A stretch of 64,000 nt of DNA from an uncultured Chloroflexia bacterium (GCA_963774265.1 CAVZDU010000001.1:800001-864000); one strand, 5' to 3'; shown: positions 1 through 11,902, numbered from the stretch's first letter. A program made the numbers and translations. Notes: a model not told the origin generated them from the sequence alone.

Positions 1-339
1 CAACGGCCTCCGCAAATAAAAAGTCGCCCGCGCCATGACTCGACGCCGACGACTCGTTTCGTTCGCATGTTCACCCGTTCTCGGCCGTAGCGTCTACGCT
101 GTAGCCTTGGGCGCCCTGGCCATTCCAGCAGCGCGGGGTATTTCCGTTTGCGATCATGTTAGCACGAGTGGCCGCGGAGTTCAAGTACGAATGATGCCCA
201 AATAATCTGCGACGCACACGGGTGCGGAGTATTCTTGCCGATGAGGCTTCCGTGATATTTTGTGGCCTGTCAGGAGGATGATAAGATTGTCTCATAGAGC
301 ACCACAAAACGATAAACGCAAACGGAAAGGAGTCACACA

Positions 340-453
340 ATGGGAGACAAAGGTGGGAAAAAGGATAAGAACAAGACTCAGAAACAGAAGGTAGTCAAGC
401 AAGACCAACAGACCCAGAAGAAGCAGGAGAAGCAACCGAAGAGCACTCCGTGA
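340..453 (+). CDS. small Lys/Gln-rich hypothetical protein, 37 aa (MGDKGGKKDKNKTQKQKVVKQDQQTQKKQEKQPKSTP)
   Basis: ATG at 340 preceded by AAGGAG (327-332), open to TGA 451-453; below the ORF-track cutoff. Confidence 0.6.
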   Translation: MGDKGGKKDKNKTQKQKVVKQDQQTQKKQEKQPKSTP

Positions 454-798
454 GAGGAGTCAGGCTTCGAGCAGCGACCAGGCTTTGGCGCGCTTGCAGA
501 AGGTGGGCGGCGACATGGAGCGCTTCATCGATGGCGCTCTCGCTGCCCACCGGCCAACCCGCCGGCTAGGAGCAGGGTCAGGCGCCGGGTCAGGCGCCGC
601 CCTGCCTCGCAGCACGTATCACCACCAACCGATCATGGCCCCGCGCAACTCAGACAGCCTGCATGGATGTATCTTGCATTATCTCACCTCTAAGCTAGCT
701 TCCGGACTCATTGCCCTTGCTTGCTTTCTTCGCGAGTCAGCGGCGCACTGAAAAGAGTGCTTACCTGGAGCCAGATCAGGTTGCGGAAGTGAGGCTGC

Positions 799-2232
799 AT
801 GCCCGAATACGACTTCTTCACGCCGGCGGCCGGCGTGGAGCAAATCCACCAGGGTGCGCTCCGGCTGCTGGCTGAGACCGGGATCTACACGGATCACGTC
901 GAGATGCGCGAGCGGCTGGTCGGCCTCGGCTGCCAGGTCGCCGGAGCGCGCGTAACCTTCCCGTCCGAGCGGGTCGCGGCGACGCTGGCGGCGATCCCGT
1001 CCGGTTTCAGCGTATACGGGCGCACCCCGGTGGTCACCGCACGGGTGGACGCCGACGGCCCCATGCTGTGCACCAACACCGGCATTCTGCCCGACATCTA
1101 TGATCTGGCGACCGGGGCACTGCGCAGGGCAACGCTGGCCGACGTGGAGGCGACGACGCGCATCCTCGACGCGCTGTCCAACGTGGACATCGTCTACGTC
1201 TCGCTGCTGGACGCGACCGACCAACCGGCATCCCTGATCACCCTCGTCGACTTCGCGGCTACCCTGGCCAACACTACCAAGCCGCTGATCGGTCCCGGCG
1301 TCGTCAACGGCGCAGAAGCCGAGGCGATCGTGGCCATGGCGCGGGCGCTGCGCGGCCCCGATCTGGCGCGTTATCCGGCCTGCGTCCCGTTCATCTGCCC
1401 GATCAGCCCGCTGCGCTTCCCGGCGGCGCTCGTGGATGCGCTGATCGTCGTTGCGGAGTCCGGCCTGCCGCTAGAGGTGATATCCAACCCGGTGATGGGC
1501 GTCACCGCGCCCTACACTCTCGCCGGCGCGGTGGCCCTGGGGCACGCCGAAGTGCTGGCCGCGGCCGTGATGGCGCATGCCGTGCGACCCGGGCTGCCCA
1601 TATTGAATGCGAGCACGCCGAGTATCGCTGACATGCGGACGCTCATCTCCACCACGGGCGGGCCTGAGACCGGGTTGATCCGGCGCGCGGTGGCGGAGCT
1701 TTCGCACTACTTGGACCTGCCGTCGTGCATTCACGGCCACACCAGTTCTACGCGTCCCGACTTCCAGGCCGGCGATGAGAAGGCCCTCAACACGCTCCTG
1801 CTGGCCAGCGCCCGGCCAACCATTCTGGGCGGGCTGGGGGGCCTCTCCAACGTTACGCTGGGCAGCTACGAGATGCTGGTGCTCGACGACGAGCGCTTCG
1901 GCGCCGTGCGCCGTGTCCTGGCCGGCATCGCCGTGGACAGCGACCATCTGGGCCTGGATGTTATCGCGCACGCCGCCGCGGGTGGCGACGGGCTTTGCGT
2001 GGGCCACGACCATACGCTGAAATACCTGCGCAGCGCGGAGGTGTGGCGGCCGCGGATGGCCTTGCGCACGGGGCTCGTGAACGGCGCGCCGGCGGTCGAG
2101 AGTTCCGTGGATCGGGCTCGGGCAGAGGCCCGGAGGATCCTCGACACGCACGAAGTAGCGCCCTTGCCGGTTGATGTGCAGCGCGCCATCGCTGAGATCA
2201 TCCAGGCCTACGCGGGCGCGCACCCCTCCTGA
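799..2232 (+). CDS. trimethylamine methyltransferase (MttB) family protein, non-pyrrolysine type
   Basis: 477 aa; IHQGALRLLAETGI, ICPISPLRF, MGVTAPYTLAGAVALGHAEVLA and GGPETGL motifs; no in-frame TAG. Confidence 0.85.
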   Translation: MPEYDFFTPAAGVEQIHQGALRLLAETGIYTDHVEMRERLVGLGCQVAGARVTFPSERVAATLAAIPSGFSVYGRTPVVTARVDADGPMLCTNTGILPDIYDLATGALRRATLADVEATTRILDALSNVDIVYVSLLDATDQPASLITLVDFAATLANTTKPLIGPGVVNGAEAEAIVAMARALRGPDLARYPACVPFICPISPLRFPAALVDALIVVAESGLPLEVISNPVMGVTAPYTLAGAVALGHAEVLAAAVMAHAVRPGLPILNASTPSIADMRTLISTTGGPETGLIRRAVAELSHYLDLPSCIHGHTSSTRPDFQAGDEKALNTLLLASARPTILGGLGGLSNVTLGSYEMLVLDDERFGAVRRVLAGIAVDSDHLGLDVIAHAAAGGDGLCVGHDHTLKYLRSAEVWRPRMALRTGLVNGAPAVESSVDRARAEARRILDTHEVAPLPVDVQRAIAEIIQAYAGAHPS

Positions 2233-2369
2233 GCCTCATCGTGAAGATCCTCATGAAGATGACCGAATCCGGGAATGTACCTTGCGGAGCAAAGGACGGC
2301 GCGCGCCTAAGATAGAGGTTGTGCAAACTATATGCACAGAGGTCCTAACTGAATTGGAGCAGGCAGAGA

Positions 2370-3799
2370 ATGCGGAAGTTTTTCATCGTTGTCATCATCC
2401 TTGCCATCCTGGGCGCGGCGGGCTACTTCGGCTACCAGCAATATCTGAAGCGGCAGACGGCGCAGAAACCCGATTATGAAACCGTGACGGTCAGTCGTGG
2501 CAATATCTCGGCCACGGTGAGCGCGACGGGCGCGGTGCTGCCGGAGCGCGAGGTGAGCCTCGCTTTTAGTGCGTCCGGCGCGATCGCGGCCGTGAACGCA
2601 GAGGTCGGACAGCAGGTGGCCGGGGGGCACGTGCTCGCCGCGCTGGACACCGCAGACCTTGAGCTGGCAGTGCGCCAGGCGGAGGTCGGGGTGGCACAGG
2701 CGCAGGCGCAGCTTCGCCAGTTGCAGGAGAAACCAAACCCGGTGGACGTGGCTGCTGCGCAGGCTGCGCTGGACAGTGCACAGGGCAGCCTGCGCAGCAC
2801 GCAGGCCGCGTATCAGCAGACGGTCAAGGGGCCTGATCGCGATACCCTGGCCGCGGCACAGGCGCAGGTGGACCAGGCCAAGGTGCAGTTGGGTCAAGCG
2901 CAGCAGGCGTACGATAAGGTGAAGGATCGGGCGGACGTGGGCATGATGCCGCAGTCCGTTCAACTGCAAAACGCGACGATTGCGCTCGAAACCGCCGAGG
3001 CCCAGTTCCGGGCCGCCCAAAAGTCGGTGACTTCGGCGCAAGTGTCTGCCGCACTGGCCCAGGTGGCCGGGGCCGAGGCCCAGGTGGCCCAGGCGCAGGC
3101 CGGCCTGGATAAATTGCTGCGCGGACCGTCGGCCGAACAGGTGGCCATCGCACAGGCAGGGGTCGACCAGGCACAACTGGCGTTGGAACAGGCTAAGCGC
3201 CGGTTGGCGAACGCCCAGCTTGTTGCACCCTGGCCCGGAGTGGTCACAACAGTGGCCATCGTGCAGGGGGGATCGGCATCCCTCGGGCAGCCGGCCGTGC
3301 GGCTGGCCGACACTACTAAATTCCACCTGGATGTGCAAGTAGATGAGGTCGATATCGCGGTCATTCAATCCGGGCAGACCGTGCAAGTCGAGATCGATGC
3401 GCTGCCGGATGTGCGCTTGACGGGCAAGGTGAGCCGCATCTCTCCTGCCTCTACAGTCTCTCAGACGGGCGGGGTTTCGTATAGCGTGCGGCTGGACATT
3501 GATCCAACCGATGCGCCTTTGTTGGCGGGCATGAGCACAACTGCGACCATCATCGCCAGGACGCGGGAGAATGTCCTGCTGGTCCCGAACCGCGTTGTCC
3601 AGCTGGAGCGGGAGACTGGCCGCACATTCGTCGAGCGCGTGGCCGGTGAGAAGCTGGAGCGGGTCGAGGTGCAGCTGGGCCTGCGCGACGATCAAACCAG
3701 TGAGGTGCGCGAGGGGGTCGCAGAGGGCGACGTCCTGGCCATCATCAGCCGTACGAGCGCGGATCAGTTGCGTAATCTCTTCGGGGGTGGGTTCTCACA

Positions 3800-3803
<4 letters not shown>
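2370..3803 (+). CDS. efflux periplasmic adaptor subunit (HlyD/MacA-like)
   Basis: N-terminal TM anchor, long Ala/Gln coiled coil, LVAPWPGVV and [13 protein letters not shown] motifs; precedes an ABC ATPase and permease. Confidence 0.9.
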
Positions 3804-4579
<776 letters not shown>

Positions 4580-4590
<11 letters not shown>

Positions 4591-5832
4591 CGAGGAAATC
4601 CGCCTGGCGCTGCGTGCCCTTTCTGTCAACAAGCTGCGTTCTGCGCTGACGATGTTGGGCATCATCATCGGTGTGGGCGCGGTGATCACCCTGCTCTCGG
4701 TGGGCCAGGGCGTGCAGAACCTGGTCACGGGTCAGTTGCAGAGCATCGGCACGAACCTGCTCTTCGTCGTCCCGGGCAACCTGGACGCGAGCACCGGACA
4801 GCGCCAGCTCGGGACTCACGTTGACGCTGAACGACGCTGAGGCCATCGCAGATCCTTTCAATGTGCCGGACGTGGTGGGCATCGCACCCGAGGTGCTCTC
4901 CACCACCGGGGTCAGCTACAAAAAGACCACTTTGCGGGTTTCCGTCTCCGGCGTGACGCCAGCCTACGCTGTGGTTCGCAACCGGCCGGTGGCCATCGGC
5001 AATTTCATCACCGAGACCGACGTGAACGGACGCACCCGGGTGGCGGTGATCGGCAGCCGTATCGCGGAGCGGTTCTTCGCTGAGGCGAACGTGTATCCGG
5101 TCGGCGCGACGATCAAGATCAACAACGTCCCCTTCAAGGTGATCGGCGTGCTCGAAGCGCGCGGGCGGCACAGGCGGACCCGGCGGCAACCAGGATGAGG
5201 TCGTCATGGTGCCGCTCAGCACTGCACACGAGCGGTTGTTCCCGCGATACCATAACAGCAGGGGCGAGCCGCTGCTCTCGGTGATCTACGCACAGGTGGT
5301 GAGCGAGGACCGCATGGACGCCGCATCGGCCGAGATCAGCGATCTGCTGCGCCAGCGCCACGACATCCGTTTCCAGGACGAGGATGACTTCACGGTCATC
5401 AACCAGCAGGATCTGCTGTCGATTTTCGGGCAGATCACCGGCGTGTTGACCATCTTCCTGGGCGCGATCGCCGGCATCAGCCTGCTGGTGGGCGGCATCG
5501 GCATCATGAACATCATGCTGGTGTCGGTCACCGAACGGACGCGGGAGATCGGGCTGCGCAAGGCAGTGGGCGCGAAGCGGCGGGACATCCTGGTCCAGTT
5601 CCTGATCGAATCGGTCGTGCTGTCGCTGCTCGGCGGCCTGCTGGGGATTGCACTGGGCGCCTCGGGAGCGCTCGGGATTTCATCGTTGCAGAACGACCTG
5701 ATTGCGGTGGTGACGCCCCAGTCGATCCTGCTCGCGACCGGCTTTTCGGCAGCCGTGGGGCTCTTCTTCGGCATCTATCCGGCGACGCGCGCCTCGCGGC
5801 TCAACCCGATTGATGCGCTGCGGTACGAATGA
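4580..5832 (+). CDS. MacB/FtsX-type ABC transporter permease (frameshifts near 4815 and 5160)
   Basis: [44 protein letters not shown] and [10 protein letters not shown] spread over three frames. Confidence 0.9.
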
Positions 5833-5851
5833 CCTTGTAGAATCGTGTTCA

Positions 5852-5863
5852 GAACGCACGTTC
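5852..5863. promoter_or_regulatory. LexA (SOS) box upstream of recA
   Basis: GAACGCACGTTC is a perfect GAAC-N4-GTTC, about 120 bp upstream of recA. Confidence 0.8.
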
Positions 5864-5985
5864 ATGGCCTCTAGCATTTGCGTATTTCCTGATAGTAGGG
5901 TAACATAAGCTGCGGGTTGGCAATGTACCTTGCGCACCCCGACGTTCTATAGGAACGATTCCTGGAGGAAGTGGGGACTATCAGA

Positions 5986-7023
5986 ATGGCGGATAACGCG
6001 CGACTGAAGGCGCTGGATACAACGTTGGCAAACCTGAAGAAGCGCTTCGGTGAGGGAACGATCATGAAGCTGGGTGAAGCTGAGCGCTCGAAGATCGCTG
6101 CCATCCCAACCGGCTCCCTCTCGTTGGATCTCGCCTTGGGCATCGGGGGCGTGCCACGCGGCCGAATCACTGAGATCTACGGCCCGGAATCGTCGGGAAA
6201 GACGACGATTTGCCAGCATATCATTGCAGAGGCCCAGAGGATGGGCGGCATCGCGGCGTTTGTCGACGTCGAGCACGCGCTTGACCCGGATTACGCGCGG
6301 CGGTGCGGCGTCAATGTGGACGACCTTTATATCTCCCAGCCCGACACGGGCGAGCAGGCGCTCGAGATCGCTGAGGCGCTGATTCGTTCGGGTGCGGTGG
6401 ATGTGGTCGTGATCGACTCGGTCGCGGCATTGGTGCCGCGCGCCGAAATTGAAGGTGAGATGGGGGACAGCCACGTCGGCCTTCAGGCGCGCCTGATGTC
6501 GCAGGCGTTGCGCAAGCTGGTGGGCGCGATCAAGACCAGCAACACGGCGCTCATTTTCACCAACCAGTTGCGCCAGAAAATCGGCATTATGTTCGGCAAC
6601 CCTGAAACGACCTCAGGCGGCATGGCGCTGAAGTTCTACGCCAGCGTGCGCCTGGATGTGCGGCGCATCGAGGGCATCAAGTCGGCCGGCAACACGGTGG
6701 GCAGCCGCACGCGGGTCACCGTGAAGAAGAACAAAGTCGCGGCGCCGTTCCGCCAGGCTGAGTTCGACATCATGTATAATAAGGGCATCAGCAAGTCGGG
6801 CGACTTGCTGGACCTGGGCGCCACCATGGGCATTATCGACAAACGGGGCGCCTTCTATAACTTCAACGACACCCGGCTCGGTCAAGGCCGCGAAAACGCC
6901 AAGGATTTCCTGGAGGCATCCCCGGCGATTGCGCAGCAGATCGAGGACGCGATCCGCGGCAAGGCCTCGCTTGCGCCGGTGCAGGTGGCTGGCCCCGAGG
7001 ATGACGGGGACGCTGAAGAGTAG
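5986..7023 (+). CDS. recA: recombinase RecA
   Basis: [49 protein letters not shown]. Confidence 0.99.
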   Translation: MADNARLKALDTTLANLKKRFGEGTIMKLGEAERSKIAAIPTGSLSLDLALGIGGVPRGRITEIYGPESSGKTTICQHIIAEAQRMGGIAAFVDVEHALDPDYARRCGVNVDDLYISQPDTGEQALEIAEALIRSGAVDVVVIDSVAALVPRAEIEGEMGDSHVGLQARLMSQALRKLVGAIKTSNTALIFTNQLRQKIGIMFGNPETTSGGMALKFYASVRLDVRRIEGIKSAGNTVGSRTRVTVKKNKVAAPFRQAEFDIMYNKGISKSGDLLDLGATMGIIDKRGAFYNFNDTRLGQGRENAKDFLEASPAIAQQIEDAIRGKASLAPVQVAGPEDDGDAEE

Positions 7024-7238
7024 GGCGAACGGTCGCCCTGATCATGGTTCAACTTGTTCTTGACGCGCCGCGTGGCGGCGTTGGCAACGAAAGCCCAACG
7101 CGCATGGGCTAATTCAATCGACTGCACTGCTTTCACTTGCCTCGCAGGTTCTGGCTTATGAGGGGTGTGAGTTCGTAATTCGGCATTCGTGCTAACGCTG
7201 CTGCACGGTTAATTCGACCTAGACGTGATCTGGACAAG

Positions 7239-7284
7239 AGCCGTGGTTGGGGCCCTTCGGGGTGACCTGTCGCCACGGCTTTTT
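7239..7284 (+). terminator. intrinsic terminator/attenuator-like hairpin just upstream of recX
   Basis: AGCCGTGG...CCACGGCT stem, inner CCC-TTCG-GGG loop, followed by a T run. Confidence 0.5.
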
Positions 7285-7292
7285 GATTGGCA

Positions 7293-7928
7293 ATGGCCGG
7301 AACCATCACGAGCTTGCGTTATCAGAAGCGGACCGACGAGCGCGCCAATGTGTACCTCGACGGCCAGTATGCCTTCGCGCTGCCAGCGATCGACGCAGCC
7401 CGGCTGAAGGTCGGCCAGCACCTTAGCGACGCGGACATCACGCGGCTACAGGCGACGGATGCCGAGGCGAAAGCGTACGATAAGGCGGTGCGATACCTGA
7501 GCTACCGGCCGCGAAGCACGGCTGAGGTGCGCCGTTCGCTCGAAGAGGCTGAGTTCGCACCTGAGGCCATCGAGGCTGTCCTGGGCCGGCTGACCGACCA
7601 GGGCTATCTGAACGACGCAGCGTTCGCGGCGTATTGGGTGGATAACCGGCAGCATTTCCGGCCCAAAGGCGAGCAGGCTCTGCGACAGGAGTTGCGACGC
7701 GCAGGCGTCGACAAAGAGACCATCGATGAAAGTCTCGATGGACTGGACACCAGCGAGGCGGCCTATACGGCGGCTCAGCCGAGGGCAAATCGTCTCGCAG
7801 CGTTGGCCGCAGAAGACCCGGCGGCATTCAGGCGCAAGTTGAGTGAATTCTTACTGCGCCGTGGGTTTACGTATGACGTCGTACGCGAGGTTGTCGCGCG
7901 TTTATTGCGTGAGATGAAAGAGGACTGA
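7293..7928 (+). CDS. recX: regulatory protein RecX
   Basis: AVRYLSYRPRSTAEVRR, GYLNDAAFA, FLLRRGFTYD; downstream of recA. Confidence 0.95.
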   Translation: MAGTITSLRYQKRTDERANVYLDGQYAFALPAIDAARLKVGQHLSDADITRLQATDAEAKAYDKAVRYLSYRPRSTAEVRRSLEEAEFAPEAIEAVLGRLTDQGYLNDAAFAAYWVDNRQHFRPKGEQALRQELRRAGVDKETIDESLDGLDTSEAAYTAAQPRANRLAALAAEDPAAFRRKLSEFLLRRGFTYDVVREVVARLLREMKED

Positions 7929-8048
7929 GGGCGACTGGCGCTTGACCGTGCCATCTCGTCCTGGTCGCTGATGTGCACTTATGCGGCGATCCTATCGTTG
8001 GTTCGCCGGCCATATACCCACCCATGACATTTGAAAGGTAGGAATCCT

Positions 8049-9620
8049 ATGTTCGGAGGAAGTCCAGGTCTCCGCATCATCGTGGACCTGTTGATCTTCC
8101 TGGCAGCAGGCGTAGCTGGCGGCGTAATTGGTTATCTGCTCATTAAGTCGCGCCAGCTCCAGGCTCGTAACGAGGCGGAGGCGCTCCTCAAGAATGCCGA
8201 AGTTGAGTCCAGGCGCGCGGTGGCCGAGGCGGAAACCCGGGCCAAGTCGATTGAACTTGCTGCACAGGAGCAAAAGGTCCAGATTCTGGAGGAAGCTGAC
8301 CAGGAAATTGTACGCCGGCGGCGCGAAATAGACCGCGCCGAAGAGCGGATCCAGCGACGTCAGGAGGCGGCGGAGAGCCGCATGGAACAGATCGAGCAAC
8401 GCAATCGCAAGCTCGATCAACGCCAGGGCAAGCTGGATAAACGGGAAACTGATCTGACCAAGCTCGAAGAGGAGCGCGCAGCCGAGCTCGAGCGGATCGC
8501 GCAGATGACCCAGGAGGATGCGCGGCAAGAGTTGCTGGCTGCCGTGGAGCAGAGCACGCGGCAGGACATGGCGCGCAAGATCCGCGAGGTTGAGGCACTG
8601 GCGAACACCGAGGCCGAGAGTCGGGCGCGCGAAATCATCACTCGTGTGATGGAGCGCGTCGCATCCGAGCACGTGTCGGAAACAACGGTGGCCAGCGTGC
8701 CGCTGCCTACCGACGAAATGAAGGGCCGTATCATTGGCCGGCAAGGGCGCAACATCCGCTCTATCGAGCAGGCCACGGGTGTGGACCTGGTGGTGGACGA
8801 CACGCCGGAAGCGATCCTCATCTCGTCGTTCGATCCGATCCGCCGGGAAGTCGCAAGAATCGCCATCGGCCGGCTAGTGCAGGACGGGCGCATCCATCCC
8901 GCGCGCGTCGAGAAGGAAGTTGAAAAGGCGCGCGGCGAGGTCGAGAAGTCAATCAAGGATGCCGGCGAACAGGCGGTCATCGAAGCGGGCATGCAGATGC
9001 TGCATCCGGAGATCGTCAAACTGCTGGGCCGGTTGAAGTATCGTACGAGTTATGGCCAGAACCAGCTCAACCATGCGGTCGAGGCCACTCATATTGCGGC
9101 TATGCTCGCGGCTGAGATGGGCGCGAATGTCCAGATCGCAAAGATGGGCGCGCTGTTGCACGACATCGGCAAGGCGGTAAGCCACGAGGTGGAGGGCGCG
9201 CACGCACAGATCGGCGCGGATATCGCCAGGCGCTATGGAGTGCCTGCGGAAGTGGTCAACATCATCGCTTCGCACCACCACGAGGAGGACCAACTCTCGG
9301 TGGAGGCGGCCATCGCGACAACCGCGGACGCCATCAGCGGTTCGCGGCCGGGTGCGCGACGTGAGGCGCTCGAGAGCTACGTCAAGCGCATCCAGGCCCT
9401 GGAGGACATCGGCAACTCGTTCAACGGCGTGCAGCAGACGTACGCCATCCAGGCTGGCCGAGAGGTGCGGGTGATCGTCCGTCCCGAGGACGTGGATGAT
9501 CTGGGGTCGATCCGGTTGGCCAAGGATATCGCCAAGAAGATCGAGGACAACCTGGAGTATCCGGGGCAAATCAAAGTGATGGTAGTGCGCGAGACGCGCG
9601 CGATTGAAACTGCCAAGTAA
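8049..9620 (+). CDS. rny: ribonuclease Y
   Basis: N-terminal TM and coiled coil, KH motif EMKGRIIGRQGRNIR, HD motif LLHDIGKA. Confidence 0.98.
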   Translation: MFGGSPGLRIIVDLLIFLAAGVAGGVIGYLLIKSRQLQARNEAEALLKNAEVESRRAVAEAETRAKSIELAAQEQKVQILEEADQEIVRRRREIDRAEERIQRRQEAAESRMEQIEQRNRKLDQRQGKLDKRETDLTKLEEERAAELERIAQMTQEDARQELLAAVEQSTRQDMARKIREVEALANTEAESRAREIITRVMERVASEHVSETTVASVPLPTDEMKGRIIGRQGRNIRSIEQATGVDLVVDDTPEAILISSFDPIRREVARIAIGRLVQDGRIHPARVEKEVEKARGEVEKSIKDAGEQAVIEAGMQMLHPEIVKLLGRLKYRTSYGQNQLNHAVEATHIAAMLAAEMGANVQIAKMGALLHDIGKAVSHEVEGAHAQIGADIARRYGVPAEVVNIIASHHHEEDQLSVEAAIATTADAISGSRPGARREALESYVKRIQALEDIGNSFNGVQQTYAIQAGREVRVIVRPEDVDDLGSIRLAKDIAKKIEDNLEYPGQIKVMVVRETRAIETAK

Positions 9621-9647
9621 GAAACCCAAACTCCGTAAGACAACCTG

Positions 9648-9686
9648 AACCTCCGAGGTCTCCCAGACCTCGGAGGTTTTTTTTAT
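9648..9686 (+). terminator. intrinsic terminator after rny (REP-like palindrome)
   Basis: AACCTCCGAGGTCT-CCC-AGACCTCGGAGGTT followed by a T run. Confidence 0.85.
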
Positions 9687-10131
9687 TATGCCCAACAATC
9701 TATCACCTCTGATTCACTCCCGAATAGGGTTTGCCGAATGGGACCCGCGAAAGAATATTGCGTCAAACATCTGCCTTTTTTGCGACACTGTAACGATAAG
9801 TTCACGATATCCGGGCTGTTATCCAACGATGATTTTGCGGTCTGGTTGTATACCTGTCATTGAAAGATCCAAACGAGGAAACATCACATGTCACAGCATC
9901 TCGCTCGCGTACGTTCTTTGTTGGTTCTGGCAACGGTACTGGCACACTCAGCGCGACGGACAAGGACGCGGGAACGGGCCAGGCCGCGGCGATGGCCGCG
10001 CTGTTCGGGGTCATGCTGCTCGTCTTTTTCAAGCGTTTTCCCGCAGTTTCATTGTGGGAAGTGGCCGAGGGCCGCGTCGTATGCGTATCCAACTTCGGTA
10101 CGCCACAACTATCACGAAAGGACAGGATGAA

Positions 10132-10257
10132 ATGGACATAGTAGCCCTGTGGGAAGCGATCATCGCCACGGCGATCTTTCCGGTCGCCTTTCTCGCCATG
10201 GTGGCGGTCGGCTGGGTTATGGTGATCGTTCTCGTCAAGATGACGTATCGCCCTTAG
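10132..10257 (+). CDS. small hydrophobic membrane protein, 41 aa
   Basis: MDIVALWEAIIATAIFPVAFLAMVAVGWVMVIVLVKMTYRP, preceded by AAAGGACAGGA. Confidence 0.45.
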   Translation: MDIVALWEAIIATAIFPVAFLAMVAVGWVMVIVLVKMTYRP

Positions 10258-10282
10258 CGTTGTGTAAATCGTCTATAGATGC

Positions 10283-11140
10283 ATGAATAGCAGAAAAGAA
10301 GAGAAGACCGAAATGCAAACCGATATACTTCTAAAGCGAACGATTCAAGATGGAATGACCCGCGCCCAGGCGGAACGGACGGATCAATACACCCTCTGGC
10401 AGATCCTCGGCATTTGGGCGATCGTAGCCGTGCCGATGGCGCTGCTGGCCTGGGTGGTCGCTCCCGCCCTCATCCCCTACAGCCCGTTGCCGCCCGGCAT
10501 CACCTACTGGCTGTTGATCATCGCCGGCATGGCATGGCAGTTTGTCGTATCCCTGGTGATCGTGTACCGCGAGCTCGGCACGCTGCGTTGGAGCGCCATC
10601 CGCCAGCGTACCTGGCTGCAAACCCCGCGCGATCCAGGGACAGACCAGCCAAATCGAAAGCTGTACTGGTGGGTGCTGCCTGCCTTGCTCTACAACGGCT
10701 TGATGGGTTGGGTGCTTGGCCGGTATCTGGATGCGCCCATGGGCTGGCTCTTTCCCGGTCTGCAGCAACCCCAGTTCACGGATGTGAATCAGCTGGCTGG
10801 CCCCGCGTTCCAAGGCGCATGGTGGCTTCTGGGAATTGTCCTGGTCAGTCAAATCTTCAACTATTTCCTGGGCGAGGAATTTCTCTTCCACGGCGTCCTC
10901 TTGCCCAAGATGCATGGAGTTTTCGGCAAGTACGATTGGGTCGCAAATGCCGTTCTCTTCGGTTTTTATCACGTGCACAAGCCTTGGGCGCTCCCCAGCG
11001 TCATCGCAACCAACCTGGCGTACGGTTGGCCGGCCAGGCGTTTTCGCAGCAACTGGATGGCGATCATCGTGCACAGTGTGGAAGGGCTCCCGGTTCTGGT
11101 GATGGGCCTGGCTGTCATCCTGGGGTTGGGGATCGGATAG
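10283..11140 (+). CDS. CPBP (Abi/CAAX) family intramembrane metalloprotease
   Basis: multi-TM; GEEFLFHG, FGFYH and IIVHS motifs. Confidence 0.9.
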   Translation: MNSRKEEKTEMQTDILLKRTIQDGMTRAQAERTDQYTLWQILGIWAIVAVPMALLAWVVAPALIPYSPLPPGITYWLLIIAGMAWQFVVSLVIVYRELGTLRWSAIRQRTWLQTPRDPGTDQPNRKLYWWVLPALLYNGLMGWVLGRYLDAPMGWLFPGLQQPQFTDVNQLAGPAFQGAWWLLGIVLVSQIFNYFLGEEFLFHGVLLPKMHGVFGKYDWVANAVLFGFYHVHKPWALPSVIATNLAYGWPARRFRSNWMAIIVHSVEGLPVLVMGLAVILGLGIG

Positions 11141-11142
11141 AA

Positions 11143-11856
11143 ATGAATACGTTCATACTCGTGCATGGGGCCTGGCATGGGGCATGGTGCTGGTACAAGA
11201 TCGTGCCCCTCTTGGAAAGGGCGGGGCACCGGGCAATTGCGGTTGACCTGCCAGGCCTGGGACAAGACCGAACGCCCTTGCGTGATGTCTCGCTGCAAAG
11301 CTTCGTCGATCGCGTTTGCAGCACCATCGACCGGCACACCGGGCGGGTAATTCTTGTTGGGCACAGTCGAGGCGGGATTGTCATTTCGCAGACTGCGGAG
11401 CAGCGGCCGGCGAGAGTTCGGACCCTGGTCTACCTCGCCGCGTTCCTGCTGCCTGGCGGCCAAGCTCTGCTCCCCATGGCCATGAACGACACTCGGTCGC
11501 TCCTGCTCCGGAATCTGGTCGTCAACGAAGACCAGGGCTACCTGACCGTGAAGCGGGAAGCGTACCGGGAAGCGATGTACGGAGACTGCTCCGACGAAGA
11601 TGTCACGTTGGCTTCCTCACTGCTGACGCCCGAACCCATCGCACCTTGTGCCACGCCTCTGGACTTGAGCGAGCGGAACTTCGGCCGAGTCCCGCGTGTC
11701 TACATCGAAACGCTCTGTGATAACGCATTGACTCTCTCGGCGCAAAGAGGGATGGTCGCCACCTTGCCCTGCGACGAGGTCATCTCGCTGAACACGAGTC
11801 ACTCGCCCTTCTTCTCCGCGCCGCAAGAACTCGCGTACCACCTCGCTTCGCTCTAG
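11143..11856 (+). CDS. alpha/beta hydrolase (methylesterase-like)
   Basis: FILVHGAWHGAWCW, GHSRGG nucleophile elbow, SHSPFFS. Confidence 0.92.
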   Translation: MNTFILVHGAWHGAWCWYKIVPLLERAGHRAIAVDLPGLGQDRTPLRDVSLQSFVDRVCSTIDRHTGRVILVGHSRGGIVISQTAEQRPARVRTLVYLAAFLLPGGQALLPMAMNDTRSLLLRNLVVNEDQGYLTVKREAYREAMYGDCSDEDVTLASSLLTPEPIAPCATPLDLSERNFGRVPRVYIETLCDNALTLSAQRGMVATLPCDEVISLNTSHSPFFSAPQELAYHLASL

Positions 11857-11902
11857 CTTGAGGGAGCAAGCCGCGCTGACAACCGGCAAACAGGTGCGCG
11901 GC

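Noticed and set aside
574-599. Tandem GGGTCAGGCGCC repeat inside ORF 485-751
   Set aside because: Only two copies, in an ORF with no recognisable coding support.
799-2232. Pyrrolysine recoding in the MttB homologue
   Set aside because: The ORF is full length with no internal TAG.
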